32,000 nucleotides of DNA, from the NCBI GenBank assembly GCA_000503875.1, contig CP006913.1, forward strand, positions 720,001-752,000, given 5' to 3'. The notes beneath the pieces were generated by a model. That model had not been told where the DNA came from. It did no database searches and worked only from the letters and a program-made list of their open reading frames with translations. How positions within the stretch are numbered: the stretch's first letter is position 1; each line of letters starts with the position of its first letter. Shown here in pieces: positions 1 through 10,104 of the stretch. The translations under genes were made by a program, and so were the position numbers. Origin of the DNA: Candidatus Saccharimonadota bacterium. GTDB lineage: Bacteria; Patescibacteriota; Gracilibacteria; Absconditabacterales; Absconditicoccaceae.

Positions 1-207
1 TTAGTATCATGTATTATTGTATCAATAATTTTAATTTTCGATACAGCTGTGGTTTTGTTAGCCATAATTGTAGTATTAATGTATTTTAGAATACTAAGAT
101 GGACAGGTGCAAAACAATTTTTAAAAGATTTTATAATAAAAGATCTTATCACTGTATCCACATATAAGTGGATAATATTAAAAAACGAAACTATAAAATT
201 ATGGTAA
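1..207 (+). CDS. 3' end of a membrane protein gene (partial; start lies outside the window)
   Basis: Frame 1 is open from base 1 to TAA at 205-207. The tail LVSCIIVSIILIFDTAVVLLAIIVVLMYF... is a hydrophobic TM segment. A hairpin plus T-run follows. Confidence 0.4.
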   Translation, partial: LVSCIIVSIILIFDTAVVLLAIIVVLMYFRILRWTGAKQFLKDFIIKDLITVSTYKWIILKNETIKLW

Positions 208-234
208 AAATTACTTATCATAAATACAACTATC

Positions 235-256
235 GCCTCAAATTGAGGCTTTTTTT
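235..256 (+). terminator. Rho-independent terminator
   Basis: gcctca-aat-tgaggc stem-loop (235-249) followed by ttttttt (250-256). Confidence 0.6.
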
Positions 257-319
257 ATTATTTGAAAAATGAAAAATATTCTATATAGTATCGAATATAC
301 ATTTATAATAATAGTATCC

Positions 320-1270
320 ATGAAACCAATAATCTGATTCGCCCCTATGGACGGGTTTACTGATGCGGCTTGCCGCAGTATAGCACAAGATATCCGAAAC
401 GAGTATTGAGATAAAAACCAGTATGATTTTTTTCTATGGACAGAATTTATGACTGCTGATGGGTTTGTGAGAAATCGCGAAGGGGTAATTCATCATCTTG
501 AAACAACACCCAACCAAAAGAATCTTATCGCACAGATTTTCGGAGGCAACGAGGAGACCTTACTTCAGACAGCAAAAACACTCGATAAAGAATATAAAAA
601 CCGTTTCGTCGGCATCGAACTCAATATGGGATGCCCTGCAAACAATGTCATGAAAAGTTGAGGCTGAGCAGAACTTATAAAAGATAAAAAAAGATCATTA
701 GAGATCATAAAAAATATAAGAAAAGCAATCGATATGCCATTTAGCATCAAAACAAGAACAGGAATAAACGAACAAGACAAATTAAATCAGATGGAATTTC
801 TTCTCCAAGCTAGCCCTTATGTCGATATGATAACAATTCACGCCAGAACTACTGCTCAAGGATATGGGCCAAATCCAGACCGAAATTTTATTTATCAACT
901 CAAAGAACAACTTCCTAACCAAAAAATTATCGGAAACGGAGGAATAACAAATTACGAGGACATTGAGACAATGAGAGGGAATCTCGATGGGGTGATGATA
1001 GGGCAAGCCGCCATCGGAAACCCATGGATCTTCACTCCTCATCACCCCACCTCCCAAGAAAAATTGACAACAATTCTCAAACATATTGAACTTATAAAAA
1101 ATTTTTCAACAGAAGAAAATCTTGCACGTTCGCTTATGGAATTTAGGAAACACCTCTACTCATACGTAAAAGGAATCCCCGGCTCAAAAGAATTCAAAAC
1201 CACTTGCAATAGTCTCAAAGATTATCATTTACTAGTTGATCATATTACAAATTTCTTTTTTTGATTATAG
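320..1270 (+). CDS. dus: tRNA-dihydrouridine synthase (Dus family), 316 aa with 5 in-frame UGA(Gly) codons
   Basis: Reading TGA as Gly fuses the frame-2 ORF fragments 449-661 and 734-1264. Motifs seen: APMDGFTD, GIELNMGCPANNVMKSGGGAEL, IKTRTG, ITIHARTTAQ, GNGGI, GVMIGQAAIGNPWIF. The ORF reads through TGA 1262-1264 to TAG 1268-1270. Confidence 0.85.
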
Positions 1271-1296
1271 AAAAAAGAGCCATTAGGCTCTTTTTT
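1271..1296. terminator. Bidirectional terminator between convergent dus and rpsA
   Basis: aaaaaa-gagcc-atta-ggctc-tttttt: a GC stem flanked by an A-run and a T-run. Confidence 0.6.
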
Positions 1297-1314
1297 CTCT
1301 ATATATCTATTTAA

Positions 1315-2625
1315 TTATTCTGCTTTTGTTGCTTTTTTAGTAGTTTTTTTAACTGGTTTTGCTGTTTCTTTTTTTTCAACAGCTTTTTCAACTGATTTTT
1401 CTGTTTCTTTTTTTTCAACAGCTTTTTCTTCAGTTTTTTCTTCAGCTAATTTTTTAACTATATCTTCCAATCCTTTTTTGGATGGAGCAGCAACTTTCTT
1501 GATTACTGGCTTTTCTGCGGTGTAATCACCTGTTGGTTCATTTACCCCTTTCATACTAAGTCCAATTTTTCTATTTTTAGGATCCAATAAGATAATTTTT
1601 GCTTTAACAATTTGTCCAAGTTTTACTACTTCATTTGGATTTTGAGTAGATTTGTGAGAAAGTTCACTCAAGTGAATTAATCCATTGATATCTTGGAATA
1701 CTCTAATAAACACTCCATAAGGCACATATCTCACAACTTCTCCTTCGAGAATATCTCAAACTTTGTGATGTTTTGGTAATTCTGTCCATGGATCATCCTT
1801 CAATTTTTTACTAGAAAGAGATATCTTTCCATTTTCTAAACCAATAACCTTAACTTTAATCTTATCTCCAATTGTTCCCAAGTTATCTATGTTGTTAACG
1901 TGCCCATATGTAATTTCTGAGATATGAACCAATCCTTCAACAGTTCCTCCAATAGTAACAAATAATCCATATGAAGATATTCCACTCACAACTCCATCAA
2001 ATATCTTTCCAACTTCTAATTCTTTGAGTACAGATTCTCTTTCTTCTTTCAAAGCTTCTCTTTCAGAAAGAATAATTCTCTTTTCTTCTTCATCTATATT
2101 TATAATTCTCACTCTAAGTTCTTGTCCAATAAGATCCAAAAGCTTTTCAAAAATAGCTTCTTGATCTCCATCTTCTACTCTTGGATAGTGGATTGGTGCC
2201 AATTGAGAAAGTGGAACGAATCATTTAATACCATGCATATCTACAAGTAAACCTCCAAGGTTTGCTTCTGTAGGAATAACAGTAATAATTTCATCATCTT
2301 CAAATTTTCTCAAAATAGCTTTCCATACATCAAATTGTAATAATTTAGTGATAGATACAATATAATATCCATCTTCATGTCTAATATTTGGGTTAACTAT
2401 TTCTAATTCTATTTCTCTTCCAGGAGCTAAGTCATATCCTGATTTTTCTAATTCTTTTACTTCCTTAGAAAGAATAATTCCAGTAAAAATTGAATTTGCA
2501 CAATTTACTAAAACTCAATTACTAATTTTTTTGAGAACAGTTCCTTTTACTTTTTCTCCCTCTCTAATGAAAGGTACTAAAAATCCAGAAGAAGCTCTTC
2601 TTTCTGTAACTTTTTTTGGTGTCAT
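1315..2625 (-). CDS. rpsA: 30S ribosomal protein S1 (short 436-aa form with several S1 domains and a Lys/Glu-rich tail)
   Basis: Fragments 1315-1734 and 1756-2202 plus upstream sequence join through TGA at 1756-1758, 2221-2223 and 2515-2517. S1-domain signatures: GIKGFVPLSQL, GKIFDGVVSGISSYGLFVTIGGTVEGLVHISEI, KVGDILEGEVVRYVPYGVFIRV...GLIHLSELS. ATG at 2623-2625. Confidence 0.85.
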
Positions 2626-2714
2626 AAAAATAAAACGTTAAAATATAAAGAGTAGTCTATTATTCGTTAGTCTATCAGTCTGACTTTAGATTTGATGACT
2701 TGTAACCTAATGAT

Positions 2715-2966
2715 TTACTTAATACCAAATTTCTTTGAAACAGTAACATAAATATCAAGATTAGTGTTTTTGAGATATCTCAAAAGAGATCTTCTTTTTG
2801 CTACTTTTTTAAGAATACTTCTTTTAGCATCAAAATCTTTTTTGTGTGCTTCCAAATGACCTTGTAATACTGCAATTTCATCAGATAACAAAGAAATTTG
2901 AAATTCTGGAGAACCAGTGTCTTTGTCGTGTCTTTTGAAATTTGTTTTTTCTTTTTTTACAACCAT
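2715..2966 (-). CDS. rpsO: 30S ribosomal protein S15
   Basis: MVVKKEKTNFKRHDKDTGSPEFQISLLSDEIAVLQGHLEAHKKDFDAKRSILKKVAKRRSLLRYLK... matches the S15 pattern (DTGS.E.Q...L...I..L..H...HKKD). I chose the internal ATG at 2964-2966 over the longer track ORF. No UGA codons. Confidence 0.9.
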   Translation of the reverse strand: MVVKKEKTNFKRHDKDTGSPEFQISLLSDEIAVLQGHLEAHKKDFDAKRSILKKVAKRRSLLRYLKNTNLDIYVTVSKKFGIK

Positions 2967-3048
2967 GAGAATAAGAATAAAAATATAAAAGAATATGAAC
3001 ACAACACCAACAGATGGTTAAGCCGTTATGGATATGTATTCGTAATAT

Positions 3049-3121
3049 TACCCCTGACAGGACTCGAACCTGTATTTACTCCTTAGGAGAGAGTTGTTCT
3101 ATCCCGTTGAACTACAGGAGC
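3049..3121 (-). tRNA. tRNA-Arg (anticodon CCU)
   Basis: Hand-folded cloverleaf on the minus strand: GCTCCTG-TA-GTTC-AACGGGATA-GAAC-A-ACTCT-CTCCTAA-GGAGT-AAAT-ACAGG-TTCGAGT-CCTGT-CAGGGGT-A. It has a 7-bp acceptor stem (G1:U72 and one further G:U wobble), a T-loop TTCGAGT and no encoded CCA. Confidence 0.85.
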
Positions 3122-3308
3122 CTGCAGAAAGCTTTTGCTTATAATTTTTTTCCAACAAAAATCAACAGAAAAACAGACAAAAAACATTATAAGAATAAAT
3201 TTTGTTGTTTTGTCAACAAATAGTAACAATAAAAAGAGGTGGCATTTGCTTTTTTATCAAGAAGAAATATAATCAAAACAGTAACATAGAGATAGAAAAT
3301 TAATAAAC

Positions 3309-3362
3309 ATTCTACTATTTACTATTCCACCTTGAAACTATTTAGCTATTCTACTATTCACT
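3309..3362 (+). promoter_or_regulatory. Direct repeat pair attctactatt[t/c]act immediately upstream of the pilN-like start
   Basis: Copies at 3309-3323 and 3348-3362 match at 14/15 positions. CTATT occurs five times within about 50 nt. Copy 2 ends 1 nt before ATG 3364. Confidence 0.25.
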
Positions 3363-3363
3363 C

Positions 3364-3903
3364 ATGAAATCTCATCGAAAAAAATATTTTAAACTCAGTT
3401 CTTTCCTTTTCGTACTTATGTTACTTACTTGGATTGTTTTACAGGTATATGTTTTTTTTCTCAATAAAAACATTCAAGACAAAGATACAACATTAGCAGA
3501 ACAAAATATATCTTTAGAAAATTATAAATCTTTGACCGGATTTACAAAGCTTATGGCAGTCAAAGAACTTGAAGGTAAATATGATGAAATTCCACGATCA
3601 ACGCATATCAAAAAAGTAATAACCATGCTTGAAGAAATAAGAAATCTTGATCAAAGTTGAGACGAAACATTGGTTTTGTCAGATTTTAATGTAGATTTGC
3701 AAAAAATATCTGTTAAATGACGTGTTTCCAATTTAATATTATTGTATTATTCAAACCAGGAAAAATGAATTGTTTCACTAATTGATAGATTCAAAAATCT
3801 CGATTTTATAGAAAATTTATATATCAAAAATTATACAAGAGAAAATGATGATAATTTCTTTTCATTTGTTTTAGAAGCTAACGTTATCAAAGATGCAAAA
3901 TAA
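3364..3903 (+). CDS. PilN-like type IV pilus assembly protein (bitopic, 179 aa)
   Basis: Short basic N-terminus, one TM (LSSFLFVLMLLTWIVLQVYVFF), a coiled stretch, then LVLSDFNVDLQKISVKGRVSN...FSFVLEANV, typical of the PilN C-terminus. Three UGA codons are read through. It is the first gene of the pilus operon. Confidence 0.45.
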
Positions 3904-4693
3904 CAATCAAGAACAGCAAAATCAAGATCTTATTCAGAAATTAATGGAACAACAAAACAACGAACATCAAGAAAAAAAAGATGATGATCAAATATCAATA
4001 TCAACCGCAAGAGTATCTTCAATCAAATACAGATTATATGTATTTATATTTTTAGCATTAATTGTAGTTTGAATTGTAGATTATATTCTTCCAACCCGAG
4101 AAAAAACAATATGATTACATACAACAATAGCAGATAAACAGCAACAAATAACAAATTTCCTAGAAAAAAAATCTCAATATGAAAAAGACAAAGATTTGAT
4201 ATCTCTCATGGAAATCAATGAAAATAAAATTATTTCTTGTGTAAATTACAAAGTTTGATGTACCGAAATCCCACAAGAAATTAGAGAAAATTTTTGATTT
4301 GCTAGATCATATCTTCAGCTCAACAATCTTCATGATCCAAAAATGGAAATTAATGAAAAAATCATACTTGCAAATATAAACGAATATTTATTAAAAGAAA
4401 TCGGTCAAAATAACAACGAAAGTTTGACAAGAATCGGAAAAATTACAAATATTTCTATAGGAGAATCCAAAGTAGTAGTCAGTCAATTGTACTCAATTCC
4501 TATTAGATTACAGGCTAGTTTTGCCAACAAAGACAACCTTCTAACATTTATAGAAAATGTTGATAAAAATGTATTAGAAGCCAAATCATATCGTATCTTA
4601 TACAAGATAGATGAAATTAATTACAATATTATGGAATATGACCAAGAACAAATTGTTGATATAAAAATGCATGCCTTTTATTACCAAGAATAA
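3893..4693 (+). CDS. PilO-like type IV pilus assembly protein (266 aa)
   Basis: ATG 3893 overlaps the upstream gene by 11 nt. Gln/Asn-rich N-terminus, one TM (LYVFIFLALIVVGIV), a coiled-coil, and a C-terminal domain LYSIPIRLQASFANKDNLLTFIENV...IVDIKMHAFYY like PilO. Fragment 4343-4693 is extended upstream through 4 UGA codons. Confidence 0.4.
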
Positions 4694-4695
4694 AT

Positions 4696-5814
4696 ATGAG
4701 CAACGAAATCAATAAAAATGATATTTTTGATACTATGATTATTCGTTTCTTACAAGCATTTGATAAGAAAAATTTTTCTCAAAAAGAAAAAATATTATTA
4801 TTCAAAGAACTTTCTTATCTGCTAAAATGAGGTATTTCATTAAACGAATCAACAATCATTCTTCAACAATCAACTGACAATTTTGCACTCAAAGATATGG
4901 TAAAAACTATTCAGTCATATATCAAAAAGGGTATGCCACTTTCTTTTGCATTATGAAGATTGCCAGATTTTTTTAATGAAGGAGATATTGCAGTTATAAA
5001 AACAGGTGAAGCATCAGGAAAGTTAACTACCGTCTTGGCATCACTTGCTACAGAATATGAATATACTACAGATATAAAAAATAAATATGTTGGAGCTATG
5101 ATTTATCCAGTTATTTTGTTGTTAGTAGCAATCGTTGCGGTAATAAGCCTTTTTAGTTTAGTTTTACCTTCGATTTTTTCTATCGCAGACAGTTTTCAAA
5201 ATCTTGAATTACCTTGGGCTACACAAATGCTTAGAAATATTTCCAGTTTTTTGGAAAATAATCGAAAAGGAATTCTACGAACAATATGATGAGTTTGAAT
5301 CGTAGGTGGAATATTATTATCAACAGAAAAATGAAAGAAATTCTGGTTTAATTTATTGTTACAAATTCCTCTTATCGGGAAAATGACGCAATATTATTAT
5401 GTTGTTAAATTTTGTAGATATATGAAACTTATGAATGCCTCTGGAATGAGTTATATCCAAACATTTCAATTATTGAAAGATATTTTAGGTGTTCCTGCTT
5501 ACCAAGATATGTTAGACAATATCATTTCATGACTCAAAGAGGGAAAAGATATCTACTCTTCGATCAAATATGAAAGAGACCTCCTCCCAGCCGATGTCTC
5601 AGTAATGATAAAAGTTGGAGAACAGACAGCTAACTTAGAGCAATCACTTCAAAATATATTAACAATGTATGAATGAGAACTCAATGTTTCCATCAACCGT
5701 CTTTCAAAAATCATTGAGCCTATTATGTTAGTTTGAATCTGAGGAATTGTGGTAATTATCGCTTACGCTGTCTTTGGATTAATTTTGCAAATTATGGAAG
5801 GATCTGGAATATAA
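4696..5814 (+). CDS. pilC: Type IV pilus platform protein PilC / GspF family (372 aa)
   Basis: Two GspF-type repeats: LSYLLKGGISLNES...GDIAVIKTGEASGKL and MNASGMSYIQTF...ADVSVMIKVGEQTANLEQSL. The terminal EPIMLVGIGGIVVIIAYAVFGLIL is also typical. About 11 in-frame UGAs sit at typical Gly positions. Confidence 0.85.
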
Positions 5815-5830
5815 AAATAAGACAAAGAAT

Positions 5831-5980
5831 TCATAAATAGAATATTTCAAGAGAGCGCTTAAATTTTAGGTAAAAAATACGGCCAAAGGCAAAATATACA
5901 GGCCGCCGGTTTGAATTATATATTTTAGTATTTTTTATCGTATAGAAATTTAACAGTGAACGGAAATATTCTATTTATGA
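5831..5980 (+). ncRNA. Candidate structured RNA or repeat element ('element A')
   Basis: Perfect 18-bp closing stem tcataaatagaatatttc (5831-5848) / gaaatattctatttatga (5963-5980). Nested helices 5859-5866/5946-5953 and 5871-5880/5928-5937. A GC-rich apex ggcc...ggccgccgg sits in an AT-rich background. The core is homologous to 22343-22431. Confidence 0.35.
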
Positions 5981-6065
5981 GAAAATAAATTTATTGGCAG
6001 ATAATTTATTGCATCACACTATAAAATAACTATAAGCTGAAGGAATTTATTTTCTTCTTTTTTTG

Positions 6066-6587
6066 ATGAAATCAAAAAAAAACTGATATACATTATTTGA
6101 GATCATGATTGTTTTGGGGATTATTATCATCATTATGACAGTAACAATGAGATTTAGCTCTTCCCGTATAGATGATCTTCAAGTTCAAACCAGCAAAGAT
6201 GACTTCAAAAACAACTATGAACAACTGCTTTTGAGCAATATGAGTTCAAATTATCATAATGGTGAAAGATATTCTAAGTTAATTATTGGCATGCAGTCTT
6301 GATTTAATGGATTTACCTATACTCTTGAAGATGAAGTTTGATGATCGAAAATATATACAGAATTTTCCAATAATAAACAGATCGTAAATAAAATAATTAC
6401 AGAGACTGAAGAACAATCAGAAATACAAATCCAATTAACCCCTTACAAGATTGGTTGTGAAATTTCAACAGAAAACAACTCTTATTCACAGGCAGTTATC
6501 CAAACGCAAGCAAAGAACAAAACATATTGCTTTACATTAGATACAAATATATGTAAATTAGAATCTATATCTTGCTCACAACTTTAA
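6066..6587 (+). CDS. Prepilin-type pseudopilin (GspH/FimT-like minor pilin, 173 aa)
   Basis: MKSKKN-G|YTLFEIMIVLGIIIII: class III signal peptide with Glu at +5. The -1 Gly is TGA at 6084-6086. C-terminal Cys pairs (CFTLDTNICKLESISC). Confidence 0.75.
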
Positions 6588-6601
6588 TTTGCTATAAAAA
6601 C

Positions 6602-7180
6602 ATGAAAAAAAAGTGATTCACTTTGATAGAAATTATGATTGTTTTACTTGTTTTTTCTGTTGGGGTTTTGGCTGTTTTGAGACTTATTCTTCATAATATG
6701 AGTACCATGAATGATTTAGAAGCCAAAACGACAGCAACACTTCTTGCAAAAGAATGATTAGAATTTGCTTATAATACAAGAGATAGTAACCGTTTAGCAT
6801 CATTACCTCGAGATTGTATTATAAATTATCAATATAATGCAAGTCAAAATTCAGATCCTTGTAAAAATCATTTTTTAGACAATCAATGATTACGAGCACT
6901 AGAAATAATAGGAAATGATATAGAACGAAAAAACATTTCTGACACAAAACTTTTCGAAGAATGAAAACTTTTTTTAAAAAATATATGATGATTAAAATAT
7001 ACCCATCAAAATACAGAACAACCAAGTATCTTTACGAGATATATTTCTTTTACAGGAGTCAAAGATAATGATAAGATTATAAATACATGATATCTTCTCA
7101 AAATAGAATCACATGTGTTGTATCAAAAATGAACGAGAACAGGAGAAATTGTTTTGGAATGATTTATTTGAAATTATTAG
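6602..7180 (+). CDS. Prepilin-type pseudopilin (PilV/GspI-like, 192 aa)
   Basis: MKKK-G|FTLIEIMIVLLVFSVGVLAV. The -1 Gly is TGA at 6614-6616. TATLLAKEGLEFAYNTRDSN resembles PilV/GspI. Confidence 0.75.
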
Positions 7181-7181
7181 C

Positions 7182-7802
7182 ATGAAACAAAAAAAACGTT
7201 GATTTACTCTTTTAGAATTACTCATATCGATAGGTATTATCGGGATTTTATTTGTAATTTTATTTAGAGCATATATTAGTATATCTCAAGTAACTTTTCG
7301 TGTACAACAAGCAAAAAATATTCAACAAGAAATGATTCGAATTTCTCAAATATTACAAAATATAGCAGATAATCATAGTATAAATTTTGAAGCGTACAGT
7401 GGATCACAAATGAATGATATATTATTTCTTTCTGGGGAAGGGGGAAATGTGAGTATTACATCTACGGGAGTCTGTATATCTAATTCCCCAGCAATCACAT
7501 GATTTACGCAAGAACAAAAAGACAATCCGTGTCAACTCATTATCATTAACCAAGACGAAAGTATTACCACTATAACTACCCCATCAGAAAGTTTTATATC
7601 CAAACCATATTTCAGTATATTTCCAACCGAACCAAACCAACAAATAATACATAATGATCAGATTGATGATTTCCCTTTTTTAAAAATAAAACAGCCAAGT
7701 TTTCAAGTACATTTCAATATATATACCCCTTTATACGAACAATGAAATTGGATAAATATGAGTTCGCTGTTATTCCAACAATTCTTTACTCTCCAATGAT
7801 AA
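7182..7802 (+). CDS. Prepilin-type pseudopilin (PilW/GspJ-like, 206 aa)
   Basis: MKQKKR-G|FTLLELLISIGIIGILF. The -1 Gly is TGA at 7200-7202. The start lies 1 nt after the upstream stop. Confidence 0.7.
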
Positions 7803-7803
7803 A

Positions 7804-8676
7804 ATGAAAAAAAAAGGAAATATAAGTTTATTGGTTTTGTTTATCTTAGTAGCTTGTTCGTTACTAGGAATTATTGCTGTTCAATATACTAGACATATGG
7901 CAATTCAAACAAGCCAAATATACAATTATTATAAAACATATTATCTTGCAAAATGAGGAAGTGAAATCGGATTAAGTTTAATGCAACTTCGTTGAGCAGG
8001 ATATTCGTGGGAAATAAAACAAGACGATCTTTTTGTTGAACAAAATATCAGAACGGGAAATGCATTTTCTTTGAAAATACAAGGAGATAATTCATTGATT
8101 TCCGAAAATCATCCAGACATAAAAAACTGTATAAATTGATTAGTTATCCCATGAAAACAAAGCTTGATACTTCCTTTATTTACAGATACAACTGAGCTTG
8201 GTTTATCAGAACAATTCACCGAACAAAATTTTTACAAAAATAAGTCTGACTTACTCAAATTAATAACTATTACTTGACTTGATATGCCTCGTGATGTCGG
8301 AGTATGAATAATTATTTCTTCTTGAGGAATGCTTTCAGAATTGGGTATTTTCTTTACAAGCTGAAGCTTTTGAGATGATGATTTTTTTCAAAAACTTTCA
8401 AATAAAATCCAAGAAAGTTTCAATACTATAGACGATCCAATTATTAGAAATCGACAACTAGAATCAGAACTACAAAATTATCTTATCATAGCAAACAAAG
8501 AAGATCAAGAATTACGTTTTTGTCTTAGTATTCCCAACGGAACATTAGCTCTTCCAAAAACATATATTTCTAGCTTCGGATATGCAGGAACAAAAAAAAT
8601 GGGATTAGAAACAGTTTATCAACAACCAATTCCTTCTTATCTTATAGACAGTAGTTTATTTCAAGGTTGAGAATAA
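7804..8676 (+). CDS. PilX/GspK-like minor pilin (290 aa; no Glu+5)
   Basis: MKKKGNISLLVLFILVACSLLGIIAV..., then YYLAKGGSEIGLSLMQLRG as in PilX/GspK-type proteins. It is the last gene of the pilin operon. Many UGAs are read through. Confidence 0.55.
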
Positions 8677-8718
8677 AAAAAAGAATAGAACCTAAGTCCT
8701 ATTCCTCTATTTAAAATT

Positions 8719-9282
8719 TTATAATTGTCCCATAAGGTCACCTAATTTTGATTCTTGTTCTTTTTTTGCTTTTTGACTTAATTCATCTTTATCCATAGTA
8801 TCAAGTACCGCTTTCCATCTTTTAAGTCTTGATTCTCTTTCTCCATCGATAGCTACTTGTTCATTTTCTTCTTCTTTGCGAAGTGCATGTAAATTCATCT
8901 GTTCTTCTATATAAATTTCATACAATCTAAGAATTTGGAAAGATCGTAATTCTGAAACAGTTTTTACTACGCTTTGTTCTCCACTCTTGACTGCTATATA
9001 TAATTCTTTTTCTTCATCTTCTTTTTCTTTTTTGAGTTCATAATCACTACTAAATGATCCCAATACTAATTGTTGCAACAAATCCCAATCAAAGTCCTCT
9101 TTAAGTTCTTCTGGAACATGATAAGCAATAGGTGAGAATTTCACCAAATATTCTGTATACCATTCTTGGTCTTTAATATCTCCTTGAATTGGTCATACAA
9201 ATTGTTCATACTTTTCAACTATTTGTTTTTTTTCTGCTTTTTCTCTAAGTTCTTCTATAAATGCTTGAAAATCAAAAAGCAT
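8719..9282 (-). CDS. Hypothetical acidic protein (187 aa)
   Basis: ATG 9280-9282. Fragment 8719-9147 is extended upstream through UGA 9193-9195. Glu/Lys-rich. I recognise no family. Confidence 0.5.
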
Positions 9283-9366
9283 GTGAATTATTGAAAAAAT
9301 AAATGTAAATATAACGCGGTAACTATACGCAATGGAAAAATGATTTCAAGAGGTTTTCCTCGAAAT

Positions 9367-10095
9367 TTACTCTTCCATCAACTTTATCTTCCAAATACTT
9401 GCTAGATACGCCAATACATCTGGGGTTTTGTAACGAGGATCCTGTTGATTCGCATAATATCGTTTATACGGGTGTACCAACACAACTGATTGAAGGTCAT
9501 GAAAATCTTGAAACAATTCGGCATGAGTTACCAAAATATATTTCACTAGTCCATGTTTCACCTGCCAAAACGCCTTATCTTTCTTCACTTGACTATCTGA
9601 AGAATGTAAGAACAAAACCCCAGCCTGATTTCTCACAGATTCATCAACCATCATAGTCATTGTCCATAAATCTGGATACACAATCAAAGTTTGGCCTTTT
9701 TCTGCAACAGAAACAACATCGAAATTTTTTGCATCTATGTGTAACGATTTGAGTCATACTGGTTTTTTTTGTATTTCCCTTTTGAGTAAGGATTCAACAT
9801 CCTGAACACTAAAATATTTCATAACATTTCTATATGTACTATAATATTCTGCTACCATCCAATGAATCCAATCAATATGTTTTTTAGAAAAAAATCATGA
9901 ATAAATTAATTGTAACTGACGCCCTTCAGGAAAACGAGATGTATATTGTTCAGTAAACGAAACTTCATTTCCCAAGACCAAGAAATATTCATCATCAGAT
10001 TGTAATAAATCTCCAGCAGAAAATCACAGATCATCACGATCCACTTTCATCACTTTATCTATACCTGCAAAGGTAGTAAATCCGTAAAGATACAT
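9367..10095 (-). CDS. PriA-like protein, truncated and lacking catalytic helicase motifs (242 aa)
   Basis: GQTLIVYPDLW...LFLHSSDSQVKKDKAFWQVKHGLVKYILVTHAELFQDFHDLQSVVLVHPYKRYYANQQDPRYKTPDVLAYLA parallels PriA lobe 1 (LV.VPE...LHS.L...ER...W......G...IVIGTRSALF.PF..LG.IVIDEEHD.SYKQ...RYHARD.A..RA). There is no GxGKT Walker A, DEEH is replaced by VHPY, and the ORF ends there. Confidence 0.4.
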
Positions 10096-10104
10096 TTTTC
10101 ATAT

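Noticed and set aside
2898-3223. Two plus-strand ORFs (62 and 69 aa) across the rpsO start, the tRNA and the intergenic region.
   Set aside because: They overlap the tRNA-Arg gene and rpsO on the opposite strand and show no protein-like features.
5831-5980. Element A as a c-di-GMP (GEMM-type) riboswitch, 6S RNA, SRP RNA or tmRNA, given its position before pilin genes.
   Set aside because: I could not find the conserved cores of those RNAs (for example the GEMM ACGCACAGGGCAAACC/GACGCAAAGCC-type boxes or the SRP GGAA/AGCA motif). A MITE-like reading (18-bp terminal inverted repeats) is not excluded, but I saw no target-site duplication and no transposase.
8683-8704. Possible terminator hairpin (gaatag...ctattc) after the pilin operon.
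   Set aside because: The stem is only 6 bp and AT-rich, the loop is 10 nt and there is no clean T-run. This is too weak to call.
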